Source of the DNA: Camelus dromedarius | Lineage: Eukaryota | Reading direction: 5' to 3' | DNA length: 64,000 nucleotides | NCBI RefSeq assembly: GCF_036321535.1 | Contig: NC_087447.1 | Coordinates: 35,962,001 to 36,026,000 of the forward strand | In this document: in pieces, positions 1 to 14,609 of the stretch | Position numbering within the stretch: the stretch's first letter is position 1 | How the letters are laid out: each line of letters opens with the position of its first letter | The notes under the pieces: generated by a model | Database searches by the model: none | What the model was told of the DNA's origin: nothing | The model's input: the letters and a program-made list of their open reading frames with translations, nothing else | Made by a program: the position numbers and the translations under genes

Positions 1-420
1 TGCGGGGGGACACCCAGAGAGAGGGCTGGCCTCCTGGGGCTGTCATCAGTGGGCAGCCTCTTGGCTCACCTACACCTGATAATTAAGAGAAAGCCCTGGG
101 GCAGTGCAGGGCAAGGAGTCTGGTGGGCTTGCTGGGAGCCTACATTGCAGGATTTGGGGTGTAGGAGGGTTTGCACCTGCACGTCCCTCAGACCTCTCCT
201 CTTTCTCCGCTTTCCAAGGTCCACCCGGTCCCAAAGGCCCTATGGACTAGGCTAGAGTTACTTCTCCATAGGAAATGGGAGATGGGGGGTGTTGGAGGAT
301 CTCCTCATCTTGAAGCCTGGAGGTGGGGGCAGAGCTGAGACGTGGTGAGGGAGAGAGTGGCATTAGCAGAGGGAAGGCTGGAGGCACAGCCACCGGGGAA
401 AAGGCAGCCACCACAGATAA

Positions 421-648
<228 letters not shown>

Positions 649-716
649 CCTGCCCGCCCAAGTGCCCCACCCTGCCCCACCTCCCACCTGGACTTTCTAA
701 CTGTAAATCACTTGTA

Positions 717-722
717 AATAAA
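717..722 (+). terminator. ABCC8: ABCC8 polyadenylation signal
   Basis: AATAAA about 70 nt after the stop codon. Confidence 0.8.
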
Positions 723-880
723 GAGATTGATTATTTCCTACCGGAGGCCATGGGTCTGGGGGGCAGGGACGTGGGCAGACAGTGGGTCCTGTGGAAGCAG
801 CAGACCCCAGGAAGCTGTGTGAGTGTGGGCAAAAGTGTGTCTCCTCATCTTGAAACGAGGGCTGTCTAAGTCTGCAGGGT

Positions 881-1245
881 TGTATTAGTCTCCCGCAACA
901 AAATACCGCAGACTGGGTGGCTTAACAAGCAGAATTTTTTTTCTCATGATTCTGGAGGCTGGAAGTCCAAGACCAAAGTGTGGCAGGTTTGGTTTCTCCT
1001 GAGGCCTCTCTCCTTGGTTCCAGACAGCCACCTTCTCGCTGCGTCCTCACATGGCGTTTCTTCTGCGTGCACGTCCCTGGTCTCTCTCCTTATTAGGGTA
1101 CCAGTCATATTAGATGAGGCTGCACTCCTATGACCTCATTTAACCTAATTACGTCTTCACTGGCCCTGTCTCCACTGTATAGTCACACTGGGGGGCGGGG
1201 GCTCCATCATATGAATTTGGCAGGGGAGGCAAGTCAGTCCTTAAC
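881..1245 (-). mobile_element. MaLR solo LTR (MLT1-like)
   Basis: Typical motifs tgtattagtc...agactgggtggcttaa...tctggaggctggaagtccaaga...tgacctcatttaacctaattac. Subfamily not certain. Confidence 0.75.
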
Positions 1246-3819
1246 AAGGTTATAGCATTTTTTGTGATTATCTCATCAGATTGAATACTTGGGTTAAAAT
1301 TGTGGGCCCCCAAGTACCCTGGATTAGCGCTATTTCCATTACAAATGACAGGAACCCAACTCAAAGTGACAAATAAAAACTGGAATTTGTTGTCCTGTGA
1401 CTGAGAAGGCCATGAGGTGTACTACTTCCAGGAGGTGCTGGATCCAGGTGTTTGTTTGGATTCCATCTTCCTCTCCATCCCCCATGACAGTTGGCCACTA
1501 GCACGTCCAGCTTACACCCTATGCTCTGAAAAAGAGATGCTCTTCCCCAGTAGTTCCAGCAAAAATCTTGAGAGCAAATCTCAATGGACCAACTTGGGTC
1601 ACATCCTCACCCTCACCCAATCACTGTGGTCAAAAGGCTGGAATACACTGGCAAAGCCTGAATTACATGTCCCCGTCTCCATCTCACACATAGGGGCATT
1701 CAGGATGGCTGTTCAGAGGGAAAGCACAGTACATATACCACAAGTCAGCCAGGTAGTGACTGGGAGATGCTGGGGCCCAGACACTGTGGAAACTAAGATA
1801 ACCGCTGTCCCTCAGACTCCCATCAGAAAACAGGAGTGCACACCTGCTCTCAGCCAAGAAATAATGGGTGATCATTTACATATCATTTTATTATTGTTTA
1901 CATGTTGCCTTCAGTATTGGCTGTACCAGGTCCTGGGGTGTAGACCCAGGAGTCTTGGGCCTGTGCCCTCTTCTTCCCAATGTAAGGAAAACCATCAGTC
2001 ATTGGAAGAGGCCCAGCAGAGTCCCTTCTGTCTGTTCCAGGAGCCAGAGGAGCTCAGGAAGGGGGTGCTCTGTGAGGACTGGCAGGCTGCCTGGGAGAGG
2101 CAGGATTTGAGTTGGGTGTGGGAAGGATGGGAATTAGATAAGTAGAGAGTTAGAGAAAAGGGCCCAAGGGGAAGGAGAGCCTTGAATGCCAAGACAAGGA
2201 GTCTGGGACGAGCCTATGCACAAAAGGGAAGTGGAAAAGGTTTTTGAGTGAGAAAGGACTTGACAAGTGCAGTGTTTGGGGGAAATGAGTATGAGGAGGT
2301 GCAGGATGGAGTAGAGCAGGAGGCTGAGCCCTTTGGGAGTGGGGCTCATCCTCCTGGAAAGGGCAGAGCTGAGAACACCTGAGGCCTCAGGGCCACACTG
2401 AGGCAGATCCTGGCTTTTCTAGCTCTTGAGATGCCTCTGGGGGCCCAGCAGCTCCCTCCACTGTTGGGCCTCCCAGGAGCAGAGCCTGGGGAGGGAGAAT
2501 GGAAGTAGCAGGGGTAGGGCACTGCCCACACCAAGGCCATCCCAGACCAAACCTCCCTATAGCACGCCTGGTGGTTGGCCAACCTTAACTTGGATACCCT
2601 ACACACCTGGGTCATTTCTGGTTATTAGAACTGACTCTTCAATATATGAAATCAAAGCCTGCCTCTGTTCTACTCAGTGTCTATACTAGTTCTATACTTT
2701 GGGACACACAAAATAATTAGTCCATCCACCTTGAACCCCAGGATTTCTGCAGTAGTACCCAAATTCCCTGGGAAGGCTCTCCAGTGTTCTTCTTCTGATG
2801 GCTGAACAGTTGCAGTTGTTCCAGAAGTTTCCTGTGTAACTGTGTCTCCTTGAGCTCCCCACTCTGCTCATCCTGTTTTCCCCCTTCCCACGCTAAGCAC
2901 TGCACCTCGGATAATATAGCCCAAGATCATTTTTACCATGAGTAGTAGTGTTCACTTTGCTTGAAGGTGGGTATCGGAGAAAAAGAGGAAAACTCAATAT
3001 GAAAACTACATTCTGTCCCACTGTGGTCCACACTCCCACTGTCCCTATCTTTCCAGCCCCTACTTTAAGCCCTCACACCGACAAATGAACACACATGGGT
3101 CTGGGGTTTCTCCATAAGGACTTGAGCCGAAGAGAGGGAGTGGGGCCATTACTGCTACAATAACAGAGATCTAGCAGGCTTTCTCTCCCACCTGAGGATT
3201 GGGGGGCAGACCTTGATCCCAAGCCACAGGGATGGGATGCCTGTGATAGAAACACCACTCATGTTCAGGCTAAGGGCTTAGGACCCCCAGTGCACAAATC
3301 AGCCCTAAAACAGCCCCTCAGACAGACCCAGGTGCTTCTCATTATCTATGATAGAAGAAATGAGGCTGTGGGTGAAGGAAGTGTAAAGCAAGGGCCAGCT
3401 CAAACCCTCTTTAAAAATGCAGGGGTGGGTTTGGGTATGGGGTCATGACTGAGAAGGTGCAACCACCCAGGGTTCTGGACTGCAGCATCTAGCATCCCCT
3501 GCAGTGGGCGTTAAACTATGTTTCTACACCTACTAAGATACATTTATTTTCCGTGGAGTTCATGGCTTGCATCAGATTCTCAAAGGATCCGTGACCCAGA
3601 AAAGATTAAAAGCATCTCCAAAGAGAAGAAGCGATCAGTTGAGAAGTCCTCGTGCCATCTCCCCCAGTCACCAGGTTGCTGACACAGCCTCTCGGTGCCT
3701 CCTTTCCTTGGGACCCCGCAAAGTCAAGTGCTGGGAGGTTGATACTGACCCAACTGAGGATGGGAAAATTGGGGGAGGGGAGCCAGGGTGATGAGGGTAC
3801 CGGTTCCAAGACTAAGAGG

Positions 3820-4460
3820 GCGGGTGACGACTCCCTTCACGTCCCACCCCCGGCCCCGCTCCGCCCTAATTTCATAGCCTGTGGGCTGGAGAAACCTTTC
3901 GGTCCATCTGATTGGGCAAATTCCCAAGGCCAAACTGTGAGCCGGGAGGAAGAAGGCGGCGGAGAGGTGAATGGCGAGGGGCGGGACTTGCGCCTGTGCC
4001 CGCCCGCCCTCCAGCCCAGGAATAGGTCGGGCTCCCCCTGGCGGCCCCTGGCCCCCACTCCACGCCTCAGGAGCCCAGTGCCCTCAATCTTCCACCCCAC
4101 CTAGCACAGGTCGGTATCCGCGGGCCAACTGACGGACAGACGGACAGGAGGGCGGCCCGCCGCCAGTGCCCGGGCAGCAGGAGGGGGCGGGGAGGCGACG
4201 ACTGCGGCTTGAGGAGCAGGAGCAGGTGCTGCGGCGACAAGCGGGCGGGGCAAGGACGGAGCGACGGCTGGGGCGCGGCGCCGGCGTGCTTGCGGCGGCG
4301 GGGAGCCGGGAGGCCGGGACTCCGAGTGAGCCCCGCCAGGGCGCGCTGGGGGCGAGGGGATCTGGAGTGGAGCTGGGTGGGGTGGTGACTCTGGAGGGCG
4401 CAGGATCCCAAGGAGACAAGAGAGGACGAGAGCTGGAGGGGGTTTCGAAGAGCGGCGAAA
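3820..4460 (+). promoter_or_regulatory. KCNJ11: CpG island / promoter of KCNJ11
   Basis: GC- and CpG-dense stretch with several GC boxes (ggggcggg, ccgccc) and an ATTGG at about 3911, 0.5-1.1 kb upstream of the KCNJ11 ATG. Confidence 0.8.
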
Positions 4461-4925
4461 GCTCTACAGGGCGTTGGGTAGGAAAGAGGGAGCATTCCTG
4501 GAGGTGAGACGGTATGAAACTGGAGCTTGGAGGGGAGCCTGGGGCAGAAATGGGCGAGATGAGAGACACAGTATGGGTTGTGTGAGGTCTGGTCAGTTGG
4601 TAAGACTCGGAGGTGTGACGTTCCCAGGTGGGAGAGGCAGGTTGAGAAGGAAGGCTGGGAGTGGAGAAGGGGTCCTAGGGAGATGTCCAGGGGTGGTCAG
4701 AGGGTGGAGGAGAGTTGAGCTGAAATCTAATGCCAAGTGAGGAACAGGCAGAGTGGGGAGTTCACTAGGCAGTGGGCAGGTGGGTTGAGGTGTGAGGCTG
4801 GTATAAAGAAGTGAAGCAGGGGCCAGGTGGATGTGGGGATGAGGCTGGTTGGGGAGGCATCTCAAAAGTGAGGCCAGCGCAGACTGAGGTTGGTCCCAGG
4901 GAAGGAATCCCACAGTAGGTCCTAA

Positions 4926-6161
<1,236 letters not shown>

Positions 6162-7245
6162 GCCCTGCTCCCTTGGGCCCTCCTCCGCATGTGTGTGTGG
6201 GGCAGTGTGGCATGGTATGTAGAGCGGATGTGGTGTGGACCCCTTGGCCAGGCCCGGACCTGGTGTGATGCTAGGCCCTCCTCAGCTCTGCCTTCCTGCC
6301 TGCTGCTCGCCCAGGGTGTTACAAGGAACTTGTCACTACGCTATTTCTGGCCTCAGCGGGAGCCTGTACTGGGTTATTTTTGTCCCTGCTCCTCCCAGCC
6401 CCAAGTCAGGACTGGCTCATCTCCCTCCTGCTGCCCCAGGCTGGGGGAGCTGTGGGAAGTATCAGGTCCTAAAGCTGGGTCTCCATCTAGTCCTGGGCCC
6501 CCACAACCAACTGGCTGCAAGCTGGGCAGGTGGCTGGGGGAGAAGAGTCCCCAGATTGGAGGACTGCTGTTCTATGTCTGTGGCCCCAAGAGATGCCTGT
6601 GGTCAGGCTGCAGCCCCTACCTGGTCCCTGAAAAAAGCGATGGATGAAAGGGTGGGCCCAGCCTGTTGGGGAGGTCAGTCAGTGTGGGAGCACAGTCCAG
6701 CCGGCGGGTTGGAGGTGTGGAGCCTACACGGGCAGGCTGGGGCTGACAGGGCTCCCTTCCACCCGGCAGGCTCAAGCAGGAAGGACATGTCACCAGAAGG
6801 TTCAGCTTGCTGAGCTCTGCTCAGGCACAGGGAAGGGGAGATGGGCCCCTGTGCCCCTCACCCTAAGGCTTCTTCACTGAGGGGCTCCCTGGGCTGCTCC
6901 CTTTCTGTCCCCTGCCCTGGGGAGCAGGAGTGGCTGGGGAAGACCCTGGAGTGCCAAGCTGAAAGAGGCTGAGGAGAGGCCAGGGGTCTGTGTCCACCAC
7001 ACTTGACAGGCCTCAGACCATACTCTGGTCCTGGCTCCCCACCCGTGGCTGCCACTCACTTGGTCCAGAAGCCATGGAAGGTCTTTGGGTTGCTAGAAAA
7101 GGAGATGCTGGAAAGCTCAGGATGGTGGGGTGTGGGCGAGATCCCCAAGGCAAAGAAGCCCTTGGTCCTGACAGGCCTGACCCCAAGCTGGACTCTTGGA
7201 GCAGTGCTGTGTGTACTTGCCCAGAATTTTGTCTTCTCCATTGTC

Positions 7246-7251
7246 AATAAA
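7246..7251 (+). terminator. KCNJ11: KCNJ11 polyadenylation signal
   Basis: First AATAAA downstream of the CDS (about 1.1 kb 3'UTR), followed by T/GT-rich sequence. Confidence 0.7.
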
Positions 7252-7574
7252 GCTTTTCCCTTCATGATCTCAACTCTGAACTCTTCTTGTTGGTGGGCAG
7301 GGAGGGCAGGGGCTGGCAGCTACCAGCCCACATTCCAGAGGTGCCATATTCCTGGGAGACCAGGAAAGGGACCTGGGGCTGGTCCTCTTCCCCTCATTCA
7401 GAGAGACTTTTCCTTTCTGCCTCAGGTAGCCCAGCCCTGCCAGCCTGTCTGACTATCTCTCCTGGGCACCCACCAGACTTATAGCCCTGGGCCCTGCTCC
7501 ACTCCCAGGGATCTGCTGGAAGGCAAGGGAGCTCAGGGAGAGAGGTGGGGATGTCATGTGCATTAGTGTGGTGA

Positions 7575-7800
7575 ATGGAGCATAAGCTCTCAAAATAACT
7601 GTCTGAGTTCCTATCCTGGCTCTAGCTCTAAGACCTTGGTCACATAACTTAATCTTTCTGTGCCTCAGTTGCCTCATCTATAAAGTGGGGATGCTAATAG
7701 TACCTACCTCATAGAACTGTTGTGGGAGTAAGTGAAAAGCATATGTCAAATGCTTAAGTGCCTCGTTCTAAATAAGTGCTCAGTAAATGTTAACTCTTGT
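7575..7800 (+). mobile_element. MIR SINE
   Basis: MIR core ctgtgcctcagttgcctcatctataaagtggggatgctaatagtacctacctcatag...taagtgctcagtaaatgtt. Confidence 0.8.
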
Positions 7801-7989
7801 GACTGCTGTTGAATCAGCGACATGATGAGACAACTGAGCAAGCGAATGTTCAGAGAGAAGGTGCTATTATATGTCCCCTGGTGATGAATTTCTCTGCCTG
7901 GTCTTCCTTTCTACACAAGACCCCCTCCCAGCTCAGACCTTGATGACAGGAGACATGTAATATCCCGTTACCTGTGCTTTTTGTCTCCA

Positions 7990-8525
7990 TCTCACCTGCA
8001 GTCCTTCTGCCACGCAGCCACCAGAGTGGTCTTATTAAAAGACATCATTCCCTCCCATGTCAAGTGCCTCCGGTTGTTCCCCATCAACTTCTACTCAAGG
8101 CTAGGCCCATGATTTCAGGCTTGGCCTGCTTTCCAGCCTTACAGCTCCCTGTTCTCTGGCCAAGACCCTGTGCAACCACCCTCTCCTCTGGCAGCCTCAG
8201 TAGCCCCTCCTTGCATACAACATTGACCTTCCTACCTCTGAGCTTCTGCTTACGTTATTCCCTTTGCCTGGACTGCCCATTGCTGCCTGTTGAAATCCAT
8301 AAAAATCCAGGTCAAATGATGCCTCTGTGAAGCCTTCCCTGATTCCTTTGGAAAGTGACGGTCCCCTCCCTACCTCTGTACTTGTGAGCATTCTCCTTTT
8401 GCCTGTGTTGATGTTTCTGTCTCCCATCCTCAAGTCCATGGCTCCTTGACGCCAGGGACTGTGCCTAATTCAGTACTGTGACTGGCACTGAGTAACTGTC
8501 AAGTGAATGAATGAATGAATGAATA
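7990..8525 (+). mobile_element. Degenerate L2 LINE 3' fragment
   Basis: L2-like motifs (cagccaccagagtggtctt, cctctgtgaagccttccctga) ending in a (GAAT)n tail. Confidence 0.55.
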
Positions 8526-8957
8526 AGTGATGGACAGTGTACAGGACAACAAGCCAGGGTCATTGCTGCAGTTTGAGGGCTTTGGTTGGATCAGTGAGAG
8601 TTTGTCCCAGGCTACTCCAGCGGCAGGACTGAAGGGCCAGAAGCTGCTGGCCCGGGCTCCAAGATGCTCCTTCCTTGCACTCACAGTCTCCCAACATTGA
8701 TTCCCTTCCTTGCTGAGCTAACCTGTTTCTGGTTTAGAGGAAGAAGGAACAAGAAGCTACTCAGTCATCCCAGGGTTCTAGGGACAATGCTTGGCTCTTG
8801 GGTCTCAGCTTGGATGTCTTTAAAACCAGGGGCAGGGGCTTCGCTAATGAGGAGCCTCTGGGCAGCACCATCCTCCGGGCCCCATCCAGGGTAACCTTCC
8901 TTCACCCCTACGTGTACCTTACGCACTGGTGACTGTGAACCAGCAGAACTGAGGTCC

Positions 8958-8976
8958 CAGCGCCACCTGCTGGCCA
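8958..8976 (-). promoter_or_regulatory. CTCF-binding motif
   Basis: Reverse complement TGGCCAGCAGGTGGCGCTG is a close match to the CTCF core consensus. Confidence 0.7.
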
Positions 8977-11239
8977 CAGACAATACCTACTTGGTCCCAG
9001 AAAATCAGGGCTACTGGTCCTATGCTTTCAACTCTGAGAGACCCCAGCCTTAAGGCTTAGCTCGGGGAGGAGCTGAAAACTTCCAGGCATGGAGGGAGCG
9101 GCTGTATCAGACCTTCTGAGACCCCCCCTTGATGTTCTTGCCCACTGACAGTGCTCCCTCCAACTTGAGGCACCCACTCTTTAAGGCACTGGCCTAAACA
9201 GCACAAGGGAGCTCCCCTGAGCTCTGCTCAGCCCAGCAGAAACTGCTGTGAGAATTCTGTTTCTAACAAAAATAGGACAGCATTGGGCATCACATGAGAG
9301 CAGACAGAGCAGTCCAAGCTTGTCCACACCCTGTGCACAGAACTGGTCTCCTCCAGGCCCCTCCAAGAAGGAGAAGGGTATATCCCATGTCACTGTGGTC
9401 CAGTGCTGAGGGAGGCACTGTTCTCTGAGTTTACAGATGAGGAAATGGGATTAGAAGTAGTGTTAACTCACCAAGATCTCACGGCTAGTAAGTGGCCAGC
9501 CCAAGATTTGGGCCCAAGTCTGTCTCCTGCCAAAGCCCTGCTCCTTACTCGCTGCTGCATGGTCCCAGTGACCTGAGTGTCACCTTTTACTAGGAGTGCC
9601 ACCTTGCTCTCAAGTGTCAAATACACCACTGGGGGACAGATGTCTCTAGACCAAGAACAAGAGGAAAGTGTAACTCAGGAAGATAACAGATTTGAGATTG
9701 ACGGCACGCTCAGCTATGGTAAGTGACAGCATGGATCACGTCAAAAACACCAAGGTAGCCAGAGGTACCTCACCATGTGTATGATGAACCCTCCATCTTC
9801 TGCCTTCTTGCAAGAGGACTGGTGTCCTTACCTTCCAGGCTACTGTCCCCATGCCAGTGAGGTAGTAGTGTAGACTGATGGGGCACATCTGCCACTCCTG
9901 TCTGTCCCCAACTCACACCAGGTGGTGTGACATTCATCCTGGGCCTCAGTCCTGAGCTCAACAGGGGAGGGAAGCCAAGCCACCCTCTTCCGGTAGTGAA
10001 ACGGAATTGCCAGTCTGGAAAAACAAGCCCATTAGCCATACCGGAAACCTGCTCAGGCCTAGTAATGCCCATGGATTTGGCATCTCCAGCCAGTCACCAC
10101 GTAGCCCACATGCGGCCCACAAAGATGACCCTCTGGCCTCTCTGCCGGGGAAGACTCACCCAGCTCCTACAGAACTCACTCTTCTCAGGTAAGCATCCTC
10201 CCAGCTTTGTTCTGCTCTCAAGTTCCTCTGTAACATCTTTTCTTAGGGAGAACTTTCCTGGGGAGCTTGCTGCAAGAAGCAGAGCAGCCCTGGCTCCCCT
10301 CATACTTCTGTGCTCACCTCTGAGGTCTCCCCAGGTCCAGTGTCAGACCCTTTATTGTACCAAGACTTTGGGGAAGAAGACATGCATGCTGCTGACCCCT
10401 GACTGGGGCAGGCCTGACGAACAACAGATCTGTTTCAACTTGTAAAGAGTTGGGGAAAGGCCGAACAATGGGATTAAAGTCAGAACTGGGTTCCAGAGAG
10501 TGGGTCTGCTGCACTAGAATCTAGATTACTGGTATCCTCTCTGCCAGGTCCACCTGCTTGGGGCATTGCATATTTTCATGGGAAGAGAAGCAAGCGTTAC
10601 CTACACCGTACTCTTTTTCCATTTGGGGCAGGCCCAACTCTGGAGTGATGTGAAAGGCAGGCCACCTAGACTGGCCAACTTGCGTATAGGAGTGTGAACT
10701 TCTATCTTTCGCCCACCCTTAGGTCCTTCCAGGCACTGATGCCAATGAATGGAGCAGTGAAACAAAGCGCATATGCAACTACAGTTTATTATGTAGCCCT
10801 GCCTCTGTGTACTCTTTACTGCATTTGATCAGTTTTTCTCATAATGCCATCATAACTGGGGAAGGGAAGATACTCCAGGGTAAACCAGAGAGAAGTAAAT
10901 GTGTACAGTTCTGACTGAAGCTTTGACGCAGGTCTGGTATCTGTGAAGGGAGGAAGAAGGGGTGACTGGGTAGCAAGAGTCTCAGATGACAGGGTTTCTC
11001 CAAGAAAGTCTCAGCCACCAAAGGGAACAACAGGGAACTCCGAAGATTCCTGCCATGCTCAGCCATTGGCTAGCCAGGGAGAGCATGGCATAAGCTCGAA
11101 AACTACAGCAGATCCCTGAGATGCCACAGCTGGAACACGGTGGCTGAGTACACTCTTCACAGCAGGCTGTCTCTTGAAGAAGGTCTCAGCAGCACATCTC
11201 TGTGGCTTTTGGGTCAAAATGCAACTTCCTGAGGAGCTG

Positions 11240-11710
11240 TATCAGTCAGCTTTTACTGTGTAACAAGCCACCCTATAAAGCAGTGGCTTTGAAAGAATAA
11301 CTAATTTCTCATGCATTTAAGAGTTGGTTCTGTTGGCGCTGACGATGATCTTAGCTAGATTTACTTCTATGTCTGGTGGCTGTCATCTGATCTAGACTGG
11401 CCTCTGCTAGAGCATCTAGCTCCAGCTTCTGGTGTCTCTCATCCTCCAGCAGGCTAGCTTGGGCAAGTGTCCTCCTCTCACAAATATCAGAAGCACAAAA
11501 GAAAGCAAATGGAAATACACAAGGCCTCTTAAGGTGTAGGCTTGGAAATGGCACACTCACTTCTGTCTCATTGTATTGGCCAGAGCAAGTCACACTGCCC
11601 CAAGTTTAAGGGGCAGCCCATGATTGGAGGACACCAAAAAATTACATGACAAAGGACATGGACATAGGGAAGGGTGAAGGATTGAAGCCATCACTGCAAA
11701 CCGCCACAGA
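11240..11710 (-). mobile_element. Old MaLR LTR (MLT1F/G-like)
   Basis: tgtatcagtcagcttttactgtgtaacaagccacc...aggcctcttaaggtgtaggcttggaaatggcacac...tattggccagagcaagtcaca. Confidence 0.55.
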
Positions 11711-12602
11711 ATCCAGGCTGGTGGTGAAGGCTTTTGTCTCTTCTTCAAAAAGTATCAAAAAGAGTGTCCGTCCGGTACCTTAGATATCAGAAGCCAGAGG
11801 AAGGCAAGATATATGAGAACATTAACCAATATCACACGAAACATTTGAAAACCATTTTATATCTAGTTTTCTCATCGGTGTAGGGCCAATTAGAAGAATA
11901 AGACCCATGAATCAGTTGGCCACGTTTAGACAAACAGCCTTTTTTCTTGATGGATGGATTGTTCTACTTCTCCTAAAGCATTTATGAGATGTATTAGCTA
12001 CTGCACAGCTTCTGCCTTGGCAGGCCCATAAATAACTGGGGGCAACTTTATTATCTAGAACAATTTAACCAACACATTTTCACTGGTCTCAACAACAGCT
12101 TATGTTGTTTTATTTGCTATTTGGGCCATAGGGATAAACATGTTTGGAAACATGTTTTAGTTTGGAAATACCCTCACTAGGGTTAGAGATTCTTGGTTAA
12201 ACCAGTAAAATCTGGGGGGTAAGTGATCCCATTGAGCTATTAACAAAATATGAGCAACTGGGGGAAGGACTTGCCCTCTCTGAGCCATGGCTTCTGTATG
12301 TGAGAACAACAGTGCAGCCCGTGCAGGATTCACAGGCCTGGTGTGAACTAATGAGGTCTGGTTTGATTTCCCGTGAGACTTGTTTATTATGAGGAGGCAG
12401 AGGGGTTTTACATTGCATCTCCCCAGAGTCACAGGCCACCACACCGAGACCAGATGAGAAAGTTCTTCCCCAACATGTCAGAAAAAGCAACATACCACCA
12501 GAATACTTAGAATACTCCCCAACACCATGCATTAGCCATGCTCCCTGAACCCCCAGAGTCAACTCCAAAACACAAGGCTAAACTTTGTTTTGGAGACCTT
12601 AC

Positions 12603-12699
12603 CTTTTACAAAGAAAAACTAACATTAATATGATTAGCACAATAAATAACAATCCAATGCATAACCCAACAATCTTCAAGTCAGTTTTCTTCTCAGATT
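12603..12699 (-). CDS. NCR3LG1: B7-H6 stalk + transmembrane exon (orphan exon)
   Basis: Acceptor tcctcttctttctctctgcag, 97 nt, phase 1 to phase 2, (E)SEKKTDLKIVGLCIGLLFIVLIILMLVFLCK(R), donor gtaagg. Hydrophobic helix followed by basic residues; stalk resembles human SETEKTD. Confidence 0.8.
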
Positions 12700-12996
12700 C
12701 TGCAGAGAGAAAGAAGAGGAGAACATTAGGAGGAAACCTACTGGCAGGGGCCAAAGACACCACATGACTGCTTCCAGGATCTGTGAGGTTGCATGTCATC
12801 TTCCCTGTCAGAACTGCCAACCTTGTGCCACACGTCTTGATATCCTCCAACCTATCACATACACCTCCGCACATCAAAGTGTGCCAGCATGTGTCAGAAA
12901 TACACTGCAATATCAAACACCACATGCCACATACTCATGCCACACATGTGTTCAAAGCTTCCATGCTACTGCTCCATCCTATGTCACTTATATACT

Positions 12997-13330
12997 GCTA
13001 TAGGTTAAGTATCTGTCTCCCTGCCAAAATTCATATGTTGAAGTGCTAATGCCCGAGGTGATGGTATTAGGAGGTGGGGCTTTGGAGTGATTAGGTCATG
13101 AGGGTGGAGCCCTCATGAGTGAGATTAGTGCCTTATAAATGAAGCCTTCAAGAGATCCCTCATTCCTTCCACCATGTGAAGTCACAGTGAGAAGTCTGAA
13201 ACCTGGAAGAGGCTCTCACCTAACCATGCTGCTGTACTGATCTCAGAAGTCCAGCCTCCAGAACTGTGAGAAATAAAGTTCTATGTATAAACCACCCTGT
13301 CCGTGGCAATTTGGTAGAGCAGCATAAGAT
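12997..13330 (+). mobile_element. MaLR solo LTR (MLT1A/MST-like) in the IgC-TM intron
   Basis: aaaattcatatgttgaagt...gatggtattaggaggtggggc...ccagcctccagaactgtgagaaataaa. Confidence 0.75.
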
Positions 13331-14230
13331 GTATACATATCACCCAGACAAATCCCTTATACCATACACACAAAGTATATTTCATCTTCATATTCCCCAT
13401 GCCCTGCACATGCTACACATCCCTTCTCACACCACTCACGTAAGCCCTGGCTCTTACTTCCAAGAAAAATTTTTCTCTCCCTTCAGGACCATCCCAAGCC
13501 CCATCTGGCATACCCAGACCACATGCCACAGGGCCACTAGTCAGCTTCTGCCTTCCTTACCTCTCTCAGCTCCAGGAAGATGCATTGGACAAGCAGAGTC
13601 ATCTCTACCCAGGACCAGCGCCATGACCATGGAAGCCAGGATATAAGCTCCCTGAACCCCACCCCACCAGCAGGAGGGGTTCTGTAGTGAGTTGTATTAC
13701 CCTAAGCTAAGGATCCAGCATGCCTGGGGAAAGCCCTGGATATCTGCAGGACCACCCTATGATGGCCTCCTCATCTTGGGCACAGAACTACAGATTCAGC
13801 CTCTATCAGCCAACAGTTTGCAGTGGACTTGGAGCCTAATCAGAAGAGTTGCTGGCAGGGCTGGGGCCCTGGCCCCCAATAGACCCTTATCCTCAGGGGA
13901 CATGGACAGGATCTTGTCCCCTTTCTCTGCGCAGCTGGCAAACTTTCCACTCCAAGCCATGTAGACCACCCGGAACACTTAGGTGGCCATGAGCTAACAA
14001 GTAGCCTGTTTCTCCTTGAGGATTATTGCCGCCACTCTCTACCTATTAGACCCTCTACCTTGGCTTAGTGCCCTTGTCTGGCCGCTGACTTGGGGGCTGA
14101 GCTAAACCAGACAAAGCTTTCTCTCCTTCCCCATTGGTCCCCATCTGCCCCTAAACTGCCTGGGAACCCACGTTTTATGTTATACCTCCTCAAGATGAAG
14201 AGTAGGGGAAACGCCCAGGAGGATGCTTAC

Positions 14231-14551
14231 CTGTCAGAGGCAGGGTGAGGTTGAAACTCTGGCCTGTGAGCAAGGATACATGCCATACCACGCACTGGTA
14301 GCTGGTCACACTGTCTTCCAGAGCGGGCCTCAGGCTCAAGTAGCTGGTAACATTAAATGTACCATCCTCATTCTTGACGGTGGGACCAGTAATGATGCCC
14401 TCAGAAACTTCTTGGTACTGAAGATCCTTTTGGGTCCACCTTTTCCACATTATGTTAATGTTCTCTGGATAAAACCCAGTTGACTTACACAAAATATGTC
14501 TATCTTCATTATCTTTCACCTTCTCCAGAAACAAGCTGCTGACTGGGTGAG
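14231..14551 (-). CDS. NCR3LG1: B7-H6 Ig C1-set domain exon (orphan exon, ORF intact)
   Basis: Acceptor tttctctcccctggcag, 321 nt, phase 1 to phase 1, donor gtaagc. Translation HPVSSLFLEKVKDNEDRHILCKSTGFYPENINIMWKRWTQK...ITGPTVKNEDGTFNVTSYL...YQCVVWHVSL keeps the C1-set Cys/GFYP/Trp/YxCxVxH signature and resembles human B7-H6. Syntenic position between NUCB2 and KCNJ11. Confidence 0.9.
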
Positions 14552-14609
14552 CTGCCAGGGGAGAGAAATCATGTCTAGAAGTCATAACAGGAAGTCAATT
14601 CTATCCTCA

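Noticed and set aside
1417..2145. 242-aa ORF between ABCC8 and KCNJ11
   Set aside because: Starts at GTG, partly overlaps old LTR-like sequence and has no recognisable motif; treated as chance.
3650..4570. Several overlapping 110-160 aa ORFs
   Set aside because: Expected stop-codon depletion in the KCNJ11 CpG island; low-complexity P/R/G/A translations.
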